DNA of 64,000 nucleotides from Tubulanus polymorphus (taxonomy: Eukaryota > Animalia > Nemertea). The notes under the pieces were generated by a model. The model saw only the letters and a list, made by a program, of their open reading frames with translations. It did no database searches and was not told where the DNA came from. The stretch lies in assembly GCF_964204645.1 (NCBI RefSeq), contig NC_134035.1:9580451-9644450 (forward strand), written 5' to 3'. Shown piece by piece: positions 36,901-47,730 of this stretch; positions within the stretch are counted from its first letter, which is position 1; each line of letters starts with the position of its first letter. Both the position numbers and the translations under genes were made by a program.

Positions 36901-37576
36901 ATTCAATCGCGATTTATACCGCCATAAATCATCTCTCGCCGCATATCGCCGTCAAGTGGTCATTGCCAGTGCGGCTGACGCGAACGATTCATAATCCAGT
37001 AATGAAAACTCGATGATCACGTTTCTGTACCTGGGATAATAATCCGTGTCGAGGAATAATGGGATTGAAGTCGTGTGACAGCGCGCACAACGCACCCGAC
37101 AACAAACAGATGACATTTATCTGCTTATTGGTCGCACCTAATCGGCTGCTCGCTCCGAGAACTTAACGGTCCTGTGTCCATAAACGGATTCAGCGGTGGT
37201 GAATGAACGGTATTAAACTCGGTGCATCACGAACATAAAGATCCTTACACCGGGATTGAGATTGAAAAGCGCAGTTGGACAACGCTAGAAACAACATGGC
37301 GTATGGAAATCAGCTGCGGGCATCCCGCAGGGAACTATCCCGAACCATATCTATGTTAATATCATAAAAACTAATAAAGCCCAGGAATATTGAATATATA
37401 TATATATATATATATGATACGTTGATTGTTTTACGCACCTGCCAAATATCCCACCACTTCGTCATTTCGGCAATCGGTCCCGTCACCGACTTACACGAAG
37501 GCCCGAATAGAATCACTTTAGGCGGGTCGAAATGCATCATGTCGAAAAACGCCTTCGTCCCGATGGCCATTTGACA
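15126..37576 (-). CDS. GABBR2: GABA-B receptor subunit 2 (class C GPCR), 5'-partial, 20 exons, 1014 aa in window
   Basis: Exons (minus): 37439-37576, 34471-34653, 33726-33824, 32740-32805, 30784-30975, 29201-29410, 28356-28416, 27346-27429, 26933-27083, 26051-26180, 22854-22961, 22449-22571, 21751-21858, 21080-21304, 20295-20453, 19678-19828, 19157-19418, 18276-18422, 17593-17753, 15126-15412. All junctions are GT-AG and phase-consistent; the total is 3045 nt. Motifs: [88 protein letters not shown], a coiled coil and C-terminal CDIVEYI. Confidence 0.93.
17109..17204. repeat. (GAAT)n microsatellite, which reads (UCAU)n on the GABBR2 pre-mRNA
   Basis: About 19 perfect units followed by degenerate ones. 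Confidence 0.95.
17593..17753 (-). CDS. GABBR2: GABA-B R2 C-tail exon ([10 protein letters not shown])
   Basis: ttttcag|T ... CCAG|gtttg; 161 nt. Confidence 0.7.
17907..17992. mobile_element. Minimal palindromic MITE (78-bp hairpin plus 8-bp terminal duplication), TSD AGAGCG
   Basis: tacggaagcgataaggggcctcgagatgtcgcgttcca-ac-tggaacgcgacatctcgaggccccttatcgcttccgta. agagcg occurs at 17901-17906 and 17993-17998. Confidence 0.85.
18276..18422 (-). CDS. GABBR2: GABA-B R2 C-tail exon (KRSPIVLTP...)
   Basis: tttcag|G ... AA|gtaagt; 147 nt. Confidence 0.72.
19157..19418 (-). CDS. GABBR2: GABA-B R2 C-tail exon (Ser/Thr-rich)
   Basis: cccgcag|TA ... GG|gtaag; 262 nt, phase 1 to phase 2. Confidence 0.7.
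19678..19828 (-). CDS. GABBR2: GABA-B R2 C-tail exon (KERELEELL...)
   Basis: tttag|AAG ... CCAG|gtaaa; 151 nt. Confidence 0.75.
20295..20453 (-). CDS. GABBR2: GABA-B R2 exon (LIQLRKDP... start of coiled coil)
   Basis: ttcag|TTA ... GAT|gtaagt; 159 nt. Confidence 0.85.
21080..21304 (-). CDS. GABBR2: GABA-B R2 exon ([11 protein letters not shown]... TM6-7 ...VFVPK)
   Basis: tacag|ATA ... AAG|gttag; 225 nt. Confidence 0.92.
21751..21858 (-). CDS. GABBR2: GABA-B R2 exon (ECL2/TM5, [23 protein letters not shown])
   Basis: tacag|ATG ... TTG|gtatg; 108 nt. Confidence 0.9.
22449..22571 (-). CDS. GABBR2: GABA-B R2 exon (VIKDYKL... TM4 ...WQIVDPL)
   Basis: ttcag|GTT ... ATC|gtaag; 123 nt. Confidence 0.9.
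22854..22961 (-). CDS. GABBR2: GABA-B R2 exon (TM3, [15 protein letters not shown])
   Basis: cgtag|GCT ... AAG|gtacg; 108 nt. Confidence 0.9.
22990..23247. repeat. Tandem repeat: three 55-bp units separated by (TTTA)n-GAT-(AATA)n spacers
   Basis: aag(t/c)taagaccagtggtatcgaggttaacgattt.taagtta(a)agtcgaatgtagat occurs three times. Confidence 0.9.
25332..25747. mobile_element. 416-bp MITE with long (about 140 bp) TIRs and TSD GAAACG; same family as 17907
   Basis: Termini TACGGAAGCGATAAGGGG...CCCCTTATCGCTTCCGTA. gaaacg occurs at 25326-25331 and 25748-25753. Confidence 0.88.
26051..26180 (-). CDS. GABBR2: GABA-B R2 exon ([11 protein letters not shown]... TM2)
   Basis: ttttcag|A ... GCG|gtaag; 130 nt. 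Confidence 0.9.
26641..26736 (+). mobile_element. Penelope-like relic: inverted and direct short repeats with a hammerhead-like core
   Basis: Hairpin taccacccttcttcagtcta/tagactgaagaagggtgg is duplicated. It contains CTGAAGA-A-GGGTGGT-agta-ACCACCC-GAAA. Confidence 0.5.
26933..27083 (-). CDS. GABBR2: GABA-B R2 exon (GKGPPPDR... TM1 ...YRKHR)
   Basis: aaag|GC ... AG|gtaag; 151 nt. Confidence 0.85.
27346..27429 (-). CDS. GABBR2: GABA-B R2 exon ([11 protein letters not shown]...VRWVG)
   Basis: ttttcag|AC ... GAG|gtaag; 84 nt. Confidence 0.85.
27655..27780. mobile_element. Small hairpin MITE nested in the dispersed repeat 27505-27893
   Basis: aaaagcttagcacctttgctatattactgta pairs with tacggtaatatcacaaaagtgctaagctttt. 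The segment is absent from the homologous copy at 1750-1998. Confidence 0.6.
28356..28416 (-). CDS. GABBR2: GABA-B R2 exon ([20 protein letters not shown])
   Basis: tttcag|GGG ... CAAG|gtaaa; 61 nt. Confidence 0.88.
28575..28753. mobile_element. MITE-like inverted repeat
   Basis: taaagtccaacgcacgcggca pairs with tgccgcgtgctttgggctta. Internal aaaacgtttt subrepeats. Confidence 0.5.
28915..29145. repeat. Dispersed repeat, homologous to 36250-36480 (and partly 53150-53285, inverted)
   Basis: Shared atattgtcaaacaagtcatc, gatataagattgg, gaagcgcggtaaccgagtaaccactagcga and aatcctcgattgcc.cagtag. Confidence 0.75.
29201..29410 (-). CDS. GABBR2: GABA-B R2 exon (TSAQYLSEY...HGYAYDGIW...FRGVT)
   Basis: tttccag|ACG ... 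ACG|gtgaga; 210 nt. Confidence 0.9.
30784..30975 (-). CDS. GABBR2: GABA-B R2 exon ([13 protein letters not shown]...KTVAKM)
   Basis: ttcag|GCA ... ATG|gtagg; 192 nt. Confidence 0.9.
32547..32680. mobile_element. Penelope-like relic with an inverted terminal copy
   Basis: caaataaaaaccaacagtagatttgtagaaaaagtttat is inverted to ataaactttttctacaaatctactgtgggtttttatttg. The interior contains cctctgaagatgac. Confidence 0.45.
32740..32805 (-). CDS. GABBR2: GABA-B R2 exon ([22 protein letters not shown])
   Basis: ttgcag|GAT ... CAG|gtaagg; 66 nt. Confidence 0.88.
33726..33824 (-). CDS. GABBR2: GABA-B R2 exon (TNNALTKML...[14 protein letters not shown])
   Basis: cactag|ACA ... AAG|gtaag; 99 nt. Confidence 0.85.
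34471..34653 (-). CDS. GABBR2: GABA-B R2 exon ([17 protein letters not shown]...RFAY)
   Basis: attacag|CTA ... TAC|gtacgt; 183 nt. Confidence 0.9.
37439..37576 (-). CDS. GABBR2: GABA-B R2 exon, first one found ([14 protein letters not shown]...WWDIWQ)
   Basis: ttttacag|TGT ... CAG|gtgcgt; 138 nt; Venus flytrap domain. Confidence 0.9.
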
Positions 37577-37951
37577 CTGTAAAACATAAAAGAACAAATA
37601 GATTATCGCATCGTATCAGTTGCATGACGAAAAGTTTCCAGCTTCCGTCACTGAATGAAAAAAAAAAGAGTTGTAACTAGAGGAAAGGACTACTCCGCAA
37701 TGAAATAGTAATTACTGGCAGCAGAATTGGGAGAAAAAATGGTCGTTTATTACGTGTACGAGACGCGGCGGGTTTATGAGAAATGCGTCCCTACGAGAGA
37801 TGACGACGAGTAGTTCTGTAATTGAACAGTTACTAGGTACGGGACGCGTTCTGTAATAAGTAATGAATGAATGACGAGGGAATCCGCTGCACAAGGGACG
37901 TGGTAAACTTAACGATCATCTCTCAACTGATTCTATCCCTCCCTTACTCAC

Positions 37952-37954
<3 letters not shown>

Positions 37955-37984
<30 letters not shown>
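37955..37984. repeat. (CT)n microsatellite
   Basis: About 15 units. Confidence 0.9.
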
Positions 37985-37987
<3 letters not shown>

Positions 37988-39542
37988 AGGCAATATCAGC
38001 TAGAATGACGATCGTCTGCGATCGTTACGAAAGCCTATAAAACAATCATTTACATGATATATACCCGGTGTACGACACGTATTAGACGCGGAGAATCTTT
38101 GCCAATTATTCGCTTATGCAATATTCTATGTATATTAATTATACACGGGGGTATGTTGCGACAGTTATGAATCCATATCGTAGCGTAATAACGCGGCCGA
38201 TTAAAGGTGCGAATCGTTCCGGTGCACCTGGTATTTTTATAGCCCTCGGCTATTAGAATATTTTATTGACGAGAACTTCAGATTTAGTTGGGAAGTTTGG
38301 AATTTTAAATGGACTCGTCAGACTCTAGGGCCCAGTTTCACAGCCGTAAAGTTCGTCATATCTAATCATAAGACCTGTATCTTAAATTGTCAGATTTCCA
38401 CTATATGCGCAACCATAGACGTAGTTTATACGCCCATGGTGCAACTGAGTACAGCCCTATTCCAGCTTAACTATCAACATGGAAATAAGCAATCAGTGTA
38501 AATGCAATTAGGCATAGTCTATAGTTTTTTTGTTTTTTGTTATAAAGGCGCATCGTATTCATGTGTTCGTCACTTCTTGTCTATCAAGTTTCAAGAAACG
38601 AATATCAAATCTGCAATTGGCCTAACTGTGAAATTCGGTGAGCTTGAGCATAGGTGTAGGAAGATATTCCATATGTAAGTTGTAACGCAGTTCCTCATTT
38701 TGACGTGATTCGAAGACCCGCCAACTGTGGACACAAACTAATTAACCGTATTCTACACTTATGCCCTACGAGGTACTCACACACATAATGCTAAAACATT
38801 GATACCTTGTTTCTCATTTCTGTTGAACTTAAAAGTTGACCCGGCTGACCGCCTATCTACCCTGCGTATATTACCTATTATAAAATCACTATCAATTTTA
38901 CCATAACAGATCCAGCAGCTATAAAAATAATTACAAATTCAATTGCAGTTTACAAAATGACCCGGCCGATTAGGAGAAACGATGCATCATTTTTGGCCTA
39001 TCGTTATTCAGAGAGCTTTCAAAATAAACCGTCGCATTTCGGAAGAATTTTTTAATGTACATCTCATTTCATATGAACTATTATTGGTTATCAAAGCACA
39101 GCGGCGTTGTCATATTCCTCCTCGGGTTTTGTCGACGCGGAGTGTCTGTCTCTTGTCGCTACATTAATTATTGTCGGTAAAAAAAATCTAATTTTCTTTG
39201 CGCACCAAAGTTGGCGCAAATTGGCAGAAAATCAGTATGCAACACCATATAAAACTCGGGGTAAAAACGCAAAAATCTATAACGGCGTTTTCGTTTTCTT
39301 TGCCGTTGCGCATGTTAAATTCGTCGACGGTTCGTTAGTTGGTTTCGACAACAAACGCGCTTTATTTTTACTTGATGAATTAGATTATTCGACTTTTAAA
39401 TCGAATTAAATCTTCGTTCATTGTTTCGAATATGATTACCGCCCGCCATGTCTTACCGACTACACAATAGGTCGTCGCCGATTCGGTCCGCAAACTGCCA
39501 CCGCCGGAGTGGATTACGTTTGATCACCTACATGCTGCTTGT

Positions 39543-39960
39543 TTTATTCTGTGGAGTACTCCGAACACTGTGCGGAACAAAAAAATACACTAGAACAGGT
39601 CACGTGACTTCCAGACGTTACTCCGCTACTGCACAAAATAAGGTGGGGCAGCAAGAATTCCGCTAGATGGCAGTGTGTTTAAGATGACGACCCTTTTCAA
39701 ATGTTGTCAAAAACAAAATGGCAGTTTTTTTAAGCGTACAAGGGTTGGGGTTTTAGGGTTCAGGGACCCTGAATTTAGGGTTAAGAAGGTCCAGGCGGTT
39801 AGAGGTTGATTGTGGATGATTTTAACGTCACCAAACTTGCAACAATTATTGATTATCATTGATAACATTTGCATTTGTTGAACCGCCATCTCTTGGTGTT
39901 CGATTCTGTTCGTGCAGCCAGGAAATCCCAAACAGTGTTCGGAGTACTCCTCAGAGTGAA
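39543..39960. mobile_element. MITE with about 29-bp TIRs and internal degenerate TTAGGG-like repeats
   Basis: ttattctgtggagtactccgaacactgt pairs with acagtgttcggagtactcctcagagtgaa. Confidence 0.7.
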
Positions 39961-40698
39961 TCCGGCAGCCTGCGGAAAAGACCCGAACTCGGTGATGATT
40001 ACAGACTACCAGACGTCAAACGGATAAAACGCGAAACTCGAACGGTTGAAACGACGACAGAGAGAGAGAGCGCGCATATATCATCAAAATGACTTCAGAT
40101 TGCACTGACTCCCAGCGCAACGATACACCTGGTGCCTTCAGTCGTCGCAGCAAAAAAGAAGTTCAAACGTACACCTCAGGAAAAACGGAAATAATTGTCT
40201 TTTTTACATGCTACAGACGAAGCGCACCTTCCTAGACACAATTAGCAGGAATTACGAGAGTTCTTTAAAGTTAGTACACGATTTTCTTTCTGCAACAAAC
40301 TCTCAAGACCAGCCGTGACAAAATTCACACGAAGTTACTTTTTATTATTTCGACGCGATGCGTACGAAAAAAAATGAATAACAAAAAGCCGGTGATTTCC
40401 TACTGGCTTCAATTATTCTTCTTGATAACGTATTCGCTAGAACGGCGCTCGGGGACAGACTTTTCGAGGAGTATCTCATTTCATTGATGGCGCACGTCCG
40501 CGCCCCGCGGCGTTTACCGATCCAAATATAGACGCCGTGTGCCGTAGATCGAGCCTTCCCGCGAGCGTATTGATAATAACCGGTAAATTCGCGTCAGTGT
40601 TGCGGCGTTTGTTTGTTTTCCGCGGCGATGATTTTTCGCCGAACACAATTTTCAATACAAATATCTGAATTGTTATCATCATTGTTACGCAACAGAAC

Positions 40699-40730
40699 GG
40701 CCGCCGCCGCCGCCGCCGCAGCCGCCGCCG
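40699..40730. repeat. (GCC)n trinucleotide repeat, intronic
   Basis: ggccgccgccgccgccgccgcagccgccgccg. Confidence 0.85.
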
Positions 40731-42559
40731 GTTCTCGTCTCATTTAACGACGACGGTGATTATCATCGTTCATTCTTTCCGCCATAGCGTTTAAACTAGA
40801 AAAGTCTCACGACAAAATCCAATATTTAAAACGTTTACTGGTCAGGGCACTTCCAGAAATGAAGAAAACATATATGCAAGGTACATTTTAGTGATGATAA
40901 TAATAATTATTTGTATGATTATCATTATAATAATTATTTTTATCAAAAATGACAAAATGACCAATAGTAATTTGTAAAAATGTTATCTTGGCAAAAATAG
41001 AGCCCGGCCCACTACCCCCTTAATCCATACATGATGCTTATGTATTATGTGTTAGTATGCGAAAATTCGTTCATTCCGTTCTTCAAACTGGGGCAGTCCC
41101 GCAATGCCATCGGGTTCGAATCCCTGCCAAAAAGAATGCGTTTCATTTTGACTTCACATTTTTGCTGAAATAGAAGATATCAGCGCGTCCTTTACTTCTC
41201 GCCTCGCTTGCACTGAATACCGCAAAGTATATGTGCTGTACTTTCACGTAGCTGTTAGCACGTCACTTTTCTCCCGGCTTTAGAACCGCCACGCACCAAA
41301 CGACCAACAACTCATCTCAAAGTCCCAAAGCGCACCTAACATTGATTCTTCATTTCGTAAATGTCATCGGAATTACGATTTTCGAATGATTTAATCTCGA
41401 AACTAAATTGCGACTATTCATATCTAATGCATATTCATGGAGCTGCGTGCGCAGTCCGGAAGCAAATCGGAACATCGCTAGACTTAATAAATACTAAACT
41501 ATTCGCCATCACGAATACCTATTGTTCATCAATCGTGCTCAGACAACACTGATAAAACTCAATTATGAATATCGGCAATTACCCGTTTCAATTCGATGCG
41601 AATGATATCTTAATTTGATTTTGATTTAGCCGCAACAAAAATGCATAATTCATACGGAACCTTTTAAAACGTCACCAGAAATGAATTTCATTATTTCGTT
41701 TATGAAAGGTTGTTTTCGTGATATAAAAAGTTTTCGAACTTGAGAATGAGAACATTTCATGGTGGCTGAAGAGGGGTCCGGGTCATCGTGCATTATTTTT
41801 TGTAGCCGATTCACGACTAAACTAAATTCATCTTCAAAATACGCTAATATCCTCAAAATACGTTAAAATCCTTAAAATATGTTAAAACGATGAAACATTT
41901 ATTTATATTTTTACCCATTTTTCGTTGTTCATGATCCAACATTTGATATATTAGAGATATTTCTTAAAATGAACCTATAAACGTGGAAATCGCGAAAGCT
42001 TTGTTTCACCGCGCCGACAAACGTCGTTCACCTTTCAAGGTCGTTTGTATTGCGCTAAAAACCGTTAAGAAATTTAAATATCAATTTATGAAAAACGGGG
42101 GTAATTTCCGTCGTCGCAATTCACGATGAAATATAGGAGACAGCTATCGTATCGATGATTATACTGCCACAAACTTCACTGACCCGCTTCGATCGAAGAC
42201 CATTTCGCACGTTAGGATCTCCTTTCGAATCTAAATAGACTGATGATTTATGGCAGAAGATCGCTATTAAAGTCGATGTCGTCTCGTCGTTAGAAACTAA
42301 AGAGATTGAGTCGTGCGACGAAAATGAAACGCATAACGCCAAATCATTAAATAACAGACGTTATCGTTAGATAAATGAAGTTATCATTATTGTTATAACT
42401 ATCATCATCGTAACATTACTACTATTGCTATGACCATTACTTTTGCTATCATAACCAATTATCATTGCTGACTAGTATGATATATCAATAACTCATTAGT
42501 GAATCAGAAGTCCTTATCTCGAAATATATAGAAACAGAAATAGTAATATCACCTTTCAC

Positions 42560-42850
42560 TTCACTGTGATACAATGTATTAACGGTGCTTTTCATTAAAT
42601 TTGTATTATCACCCCCAGCTTATTAATCTCACCATGTATCAGTCATCTCTCCCCATCCGAGGAACATACGAGCAGCTGCGAGGCGTTCAGGAGTCATGTA
42701 TCAGGCCAGTTACCCATCTTGCTCCTGTGTGAGGAGAGGCTATGAGGATAAGTATCTTGTCCGGGGACACTACGGTCATGTACGGGGTTCGAACCGTCCG
42801 CCGCCTGGCTTCCCAGAGTCGAACGCTCGAACCACTCGGCCACGCTGCTC
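42560..42850 (-). mobile_element. tRNA-derived SINE with a CORE-like central domain
   Basis: On the minus strand: A-box TGGCCGAGTGG, B-box GGTTCGAACCC, then gtgtccccggacaagatacttatcctc...cctctcctcacacaggagcaagatgggtaact, which resembles the CORE-SINE core. Confidence 0.75.
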
Positions 42851-43879
42851 GCTCATGCGTATACGTGTGTGTGTATTACGTACGGGTATGTGTCATTAGC
42901 GACAATAAAGTATACTTATTCTTACTCATATCGTAAAATGCTGCGTCAGCTACACGTTATACTTATTTGTTTAATGACGCGGGTAAAAATCTGAATGATG
43001 TTCAAAGGCTACGTTTCACGTTACGATACGGCTTTCTATAGTTTCAACGTGACGTTATAGAATTAACGAGTTAAGTCATCATTCACATGTGATAGAGTCG
43101 TCAATAGAACCCCGTCGGGCGTGGAATTGAAAGAACAAACGGTTTCACCCATGGCCGCGCCGCGCTTTGTAATTGATATTAACGCGCAAATTGTGTTATC
43201 AATTTTGCATGGCGCCCGTTGACACCCGATGCCGGTACTGACCTGATCACTTCGTGCGTGCGCACAAATTAATCGACTATTACAGAACATTATTGAGCGA
43301 ACGTGTCGCAAATTATATCACAAACTAATAAACCTGCGCTCGGTATTTGTTTTCGTCTCAGTTTTGTCGGATTCGTTTTTTTCTGAATTGTTTTATGAAC
43401 ACAGCGCCGCGTGTTCTGTTTGTTCACGGCCATTATCCAATGAGATCCAATGCTGAAAAAACCATCGGTAAAGAATTGATATTTCGAGCGCGTGAAATCA
43501 AAACAAGGGAGTCATTTCACAACTACCTAATTATTCGTAGTGAATACTATTTACTGAAACTGTAACGAAAATCGGGTCCAGTGTTTTAAGGTAATACGAT
43601 ATTGGGTCAAATACAGTCAAGGACCAGAGTGGGCCAGTGATTAGAATACATACGAGACCTTAGTTCGACCCTCGATTCGAGCGAGTCAATAGTCAGTCGT
43701 TAAAGACCAAGTTGTTGCAGACCTAAGTTGGTCTATGGCTGATCTTAAATCTAAGCCTGTGCCTGTGGGGCCAGTTGCACAGTCCTGCCTCAAGTCCGAA
43801 AATAGTCTTAGATCTCAAGACCGGTCTTTAGTTGTTGGAAAGTTGGCCTAAATCATGACAATGCAACCGGCTCCTGGTA

Positions 43880-44310
43880 TTTTTGACGCGGTAAGACGCG
43901 GTAAAAATACGCGTTACAACAAAATGACGCGTTACAATAATGTTTATTATATACATTGATACAGCATGCGACATTTAAGGGGTACTACGTGAATGTGCGC
44001 TACGTCATCAATATCGACGTTTCAAGCTAACAATAACAAATTTTGCCGTTTTTTGTAATTACTGATTTTTTCATTACTCATATTTCATTATTTATTAATC
44101 TTAATAACTATTTTCGAAAGGATGTCCACTACGTCATCGATATATCGGGGCTAGACTGGTTGCCGGTCAATTCAATTCAATTATCGATGTATTCAAATCA
44201 AAAATTACTTTATTGATCTTTAATATCATATAAATTATATCATGTTATCTATCGACAATATAAAATACGTGTTACTTTTCAAGGCGTGAATAAACGTTAA
44301 ATATTGTTTT
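43880..44310 (+). repeat. Dispersed repeat, homologous to 13430-13830
   Basis: Shares the blocks listed for the 13430 copy. Confidence 0.7.
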
Positions 44311-47300
44311 CAGGTTATACATTTGAGTAAAGCTATTCTCTGTAGAAGCCAGACCAGATCCATAAACACGAGCACTCGATGAGTATGACCCGAATGTCGT
44401 CTTATAGAATGAAGCGAGCGCGCCTCGTATCCGCGCGGAGATAAACCGAGCGAAAGAAAGTTGAAAACTGATCGCATTAGACGGAATCTAATATCCTGTC
44501 GATGGGCGTATAGTTAATATAGACGTCAGGTTATTTCAGTAATTGTCGTGATGCGTTGCACAGTCCGTGTGTGTGCGCGCGCTATGCTAACGATTCGTCG
44601 TCGGGAACGTATACATAAAACAGAAGGCACCAGTCGGATTGATCGTAAAATAGTCGAGCATCATCACGTCTGCTATTCGCTAAATAGTTTATCCGCCAGC
44701 TATCAAATTGAATCGAGTCGTTACGTCGTTGCCAGCGACGTCATTAAATCTGGACGCAACGGCCTGTTTATTTTCAAATCGGTTTTGAATCGCTTAATTG
44801 AATTCTGTTTTCTGAAAAAAAATTAAATACTTTTCCGCGAATTCAGTCTGGCATTTTTTTACGGTAAACTTTAGGCTACTTCGCGTGTTCGAAATGAACT
44901 TTTGGTAAAATGAATCATTCGTCTTGCGTTCATTGATATTCCTGCGTTAATGATAATGATAATGATAATCTTTATTTACATTAAAATTATATAACATAAT
45001 ATATCACTCAATTTAATAGATACATGATAAGGTAGGATATATATCTAGGACATTTCAGGAGTTTTGGGACAATTCCTCGGTCAAAGTTCATCATCCCCTG
45101 ATACCATAAACACGCGGAATATCTACGTTTTGTCTTGTGCGTTTTGTAACGACATTTCCGTTCGTAATGACAAGATAACATTTTCGAATCGAAGACGAAT
45201 CCAACGTATCAGAAACTGCATTACCACAATTCTCGGCTGTGCGCAAACCGGAAATCAATCTATATTGTCGGATGGAGATATCAATTTGGGCGAAATGAGA
45301 AATCATTTAGCGTAGGCAGCCGGATACAATAGCCGAAATCAACCAGTCTGGTATATCTCACCGGTCATGGGGGACACGCCGGGTATATTTCAGAGTTTAT
45401 TCGCTCGTATATGTATATACGTCATAGTACGCGTCGGAGACTCTTTCGGCCGCATGATGTTATTCTTATAGAGATAAGTCTAGGCAATCTAAATGCTAAT
45501 GTACCATACTCGCGAGTCAAATTGTTTTATTATCCCGCGGCGGTACCTGCTACATCGGACAAAGCGGACACGACGGCGCGAGTCCGCCGCAGTCCGGAGC
45601 GGCCATCTTCGCGGAATGAGCCTCCGTTTTCGGTCCGAAGTCACCGCCGTGGGAACGCCGACCACACATACGGGCTTCGCTGCCGGTTTTTCTATTAACG
45701 GTTCTCGTTTACATTTTTGAGACGTAATCGATGAACAGAAATAGATCTGGATACCGCGCGCTTAGACACGGGTTGATATTGTTACTGTAGTCACGTCGGC
45801 TAATGTCGGTTGTTAAGAGAAGTCGTTCCCGTCGGCAATAGTTTTATAACCGTAAAGACCACTACATCGCTACCGCCAGTAGATCGTGCAGACGGCATCA
45901 TCAGCAGAAATAAAGCAATCAATATATTACTACGTCAATTTAGTTCGCGACGATTCTCTTAGCATGTTCTTAAAAGTTGGTGGTTTTGTATTTATCAAAT
46001 CTTGACACATAATATGATAGACGGAATTTAGAATTTGAGATAGCAATTGGCAAGATTTTTCAATATCATGTAACAAAGGTGACCGATTGACATAAGCAAA
46101 GATTTACTTTTCGAAAAGCTATTGTAGAAATAACGGTCACCAGAAGCCCCGTATGTAAACAAAAATTCGACGGGGTATTGAGGCGTTCAGAGCGGAATGT
46201 AAGCCCGCGATTCGCTCGATGTCTCTTCGGTCAAAAAATAACCCAAGCCGTATTCAAACCAAACACAGATTCGCCTCAACGATTGATTAAATTTCATTCT
46301 TATCGACATAGTTTCTCGTCTGCGCACCTTATTCCGTCGTGATTGCGGCTGTACCGCGGTGGAGCGAATTTTATTAAACCGCATTTTTTCTTTCCCCTTT
46401 CCGCTGCGTGTGTTATCGCGCTGATAAAACTCCCGAGCAGCGATTCTTGTATAGAACTCTAACGGGATTGATCCTTCTCGCACGTGATCGCTGCAGGCGA
46501 ACACTGCAACAGGTAAATTGAAAATTCGTAGCATTTTTGCTAATTGTAAATCCTTAAAGGTATTATAATCCGTATTATACATCGGTTTTTCTTCTCTATA
46601 TTCGGTCTTTCTCTCTTTAAATTTCTTTTTTGATCACGCCTAGGGCTGTAACCATTTAGGCCTAAAAAGCTAACTGCCATATCATACGTCTTAGTCTTAT
46701 AAGCCGCTCTTGCATGCTAAGATAAGGTAAAGCCATCTTACTTGGAAATGCTGTAAAATGTATCTAACCAATCCACTAATTTTCAAAGGCGAGCCCCACA
46801 TTCCCAATACGCATCTATGCCTGTTCAATTATAAAAATGCCCTTTCACAAAACCTGTAAAAGTAGGCCTTGGGTCCACCCCGGAAAAATCCATAAAAATG
46901 ATAATACAATGTATAATGTAATTTATAATGTAATAATAATATTAATTTTACCAAATAATCTCTTGATATTACTTAATATAAATTATGTTTAATCTGATTT
47001 ACGTAATAATCATTTATTTTCATTTATAGCACAGTATGGAATAATTACTGCACTTTACAATGTTTACAATATGATTCCGAAAATTCCGATCGAGCACTGA
47101 ACCTGCATTGAAATATGTGGTTCATGATGAACGTATACAGTGCATCGAGGATGGTAAAGTCATCGCTACCCCTGGTATTTGTTTTTGTCGTTGATGACAT
47201 GTTTTCGTGTTCACAAGCAATCGTTCAATACGACGTTCGTATTGTGGTTTCAATTGCCCGAAAACACCATTGTGCTTTTAGCGTTTTCTTGGAGAAAATC

Positions 47301-47499
47301 TTTCGCCGATCGATCGCCGTATGCGGCAACATAGAACGATACACGCCGAATATAGCATCATCCGCCTGAGGACCGTTTTACGCCGTCCGGGTTCAAGATA
47401 AAAAGGCGAATATACGACCACGCGTATCTGTAAGCGGTATAGTTTTGTTTTCATCGGTCGAAAAAAGTTGATGCGCATCTCAGGAATGAAAACTATGGT

Positions 47500-47730
47500 G
47501 ACTGATAAGGGCCATCGCGTAAAATTCCTGGTATGCAAATTAGGGTGCCAGAACGCCAAAACAAAATTTACTTTAAAAAGTCCGTATTGGAGGGCCAGAA
47601 CAAAGAATTTTCCGTTTTGATACCCCGGCGAAACGAACCTTTTAAAGAAAATTCTACGATATATTTCGTTTTGGCGTTCTGGCGACCACATTTGCAAACC
47701 AGGAATTTTACATTATGGCTCCTATCAGCC
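47500..47730. mobile_element. MITE with about 68-bp TIRs
   Basis: ctgataagggccat..gtaaaattcctggtatgcaaat..gccagaacgccaaaacaaaat pairs with atttcgttttggcgttctggcg..atttgcaaaccaggaattttac..atggctcctatcag. Confidence 0.75.
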
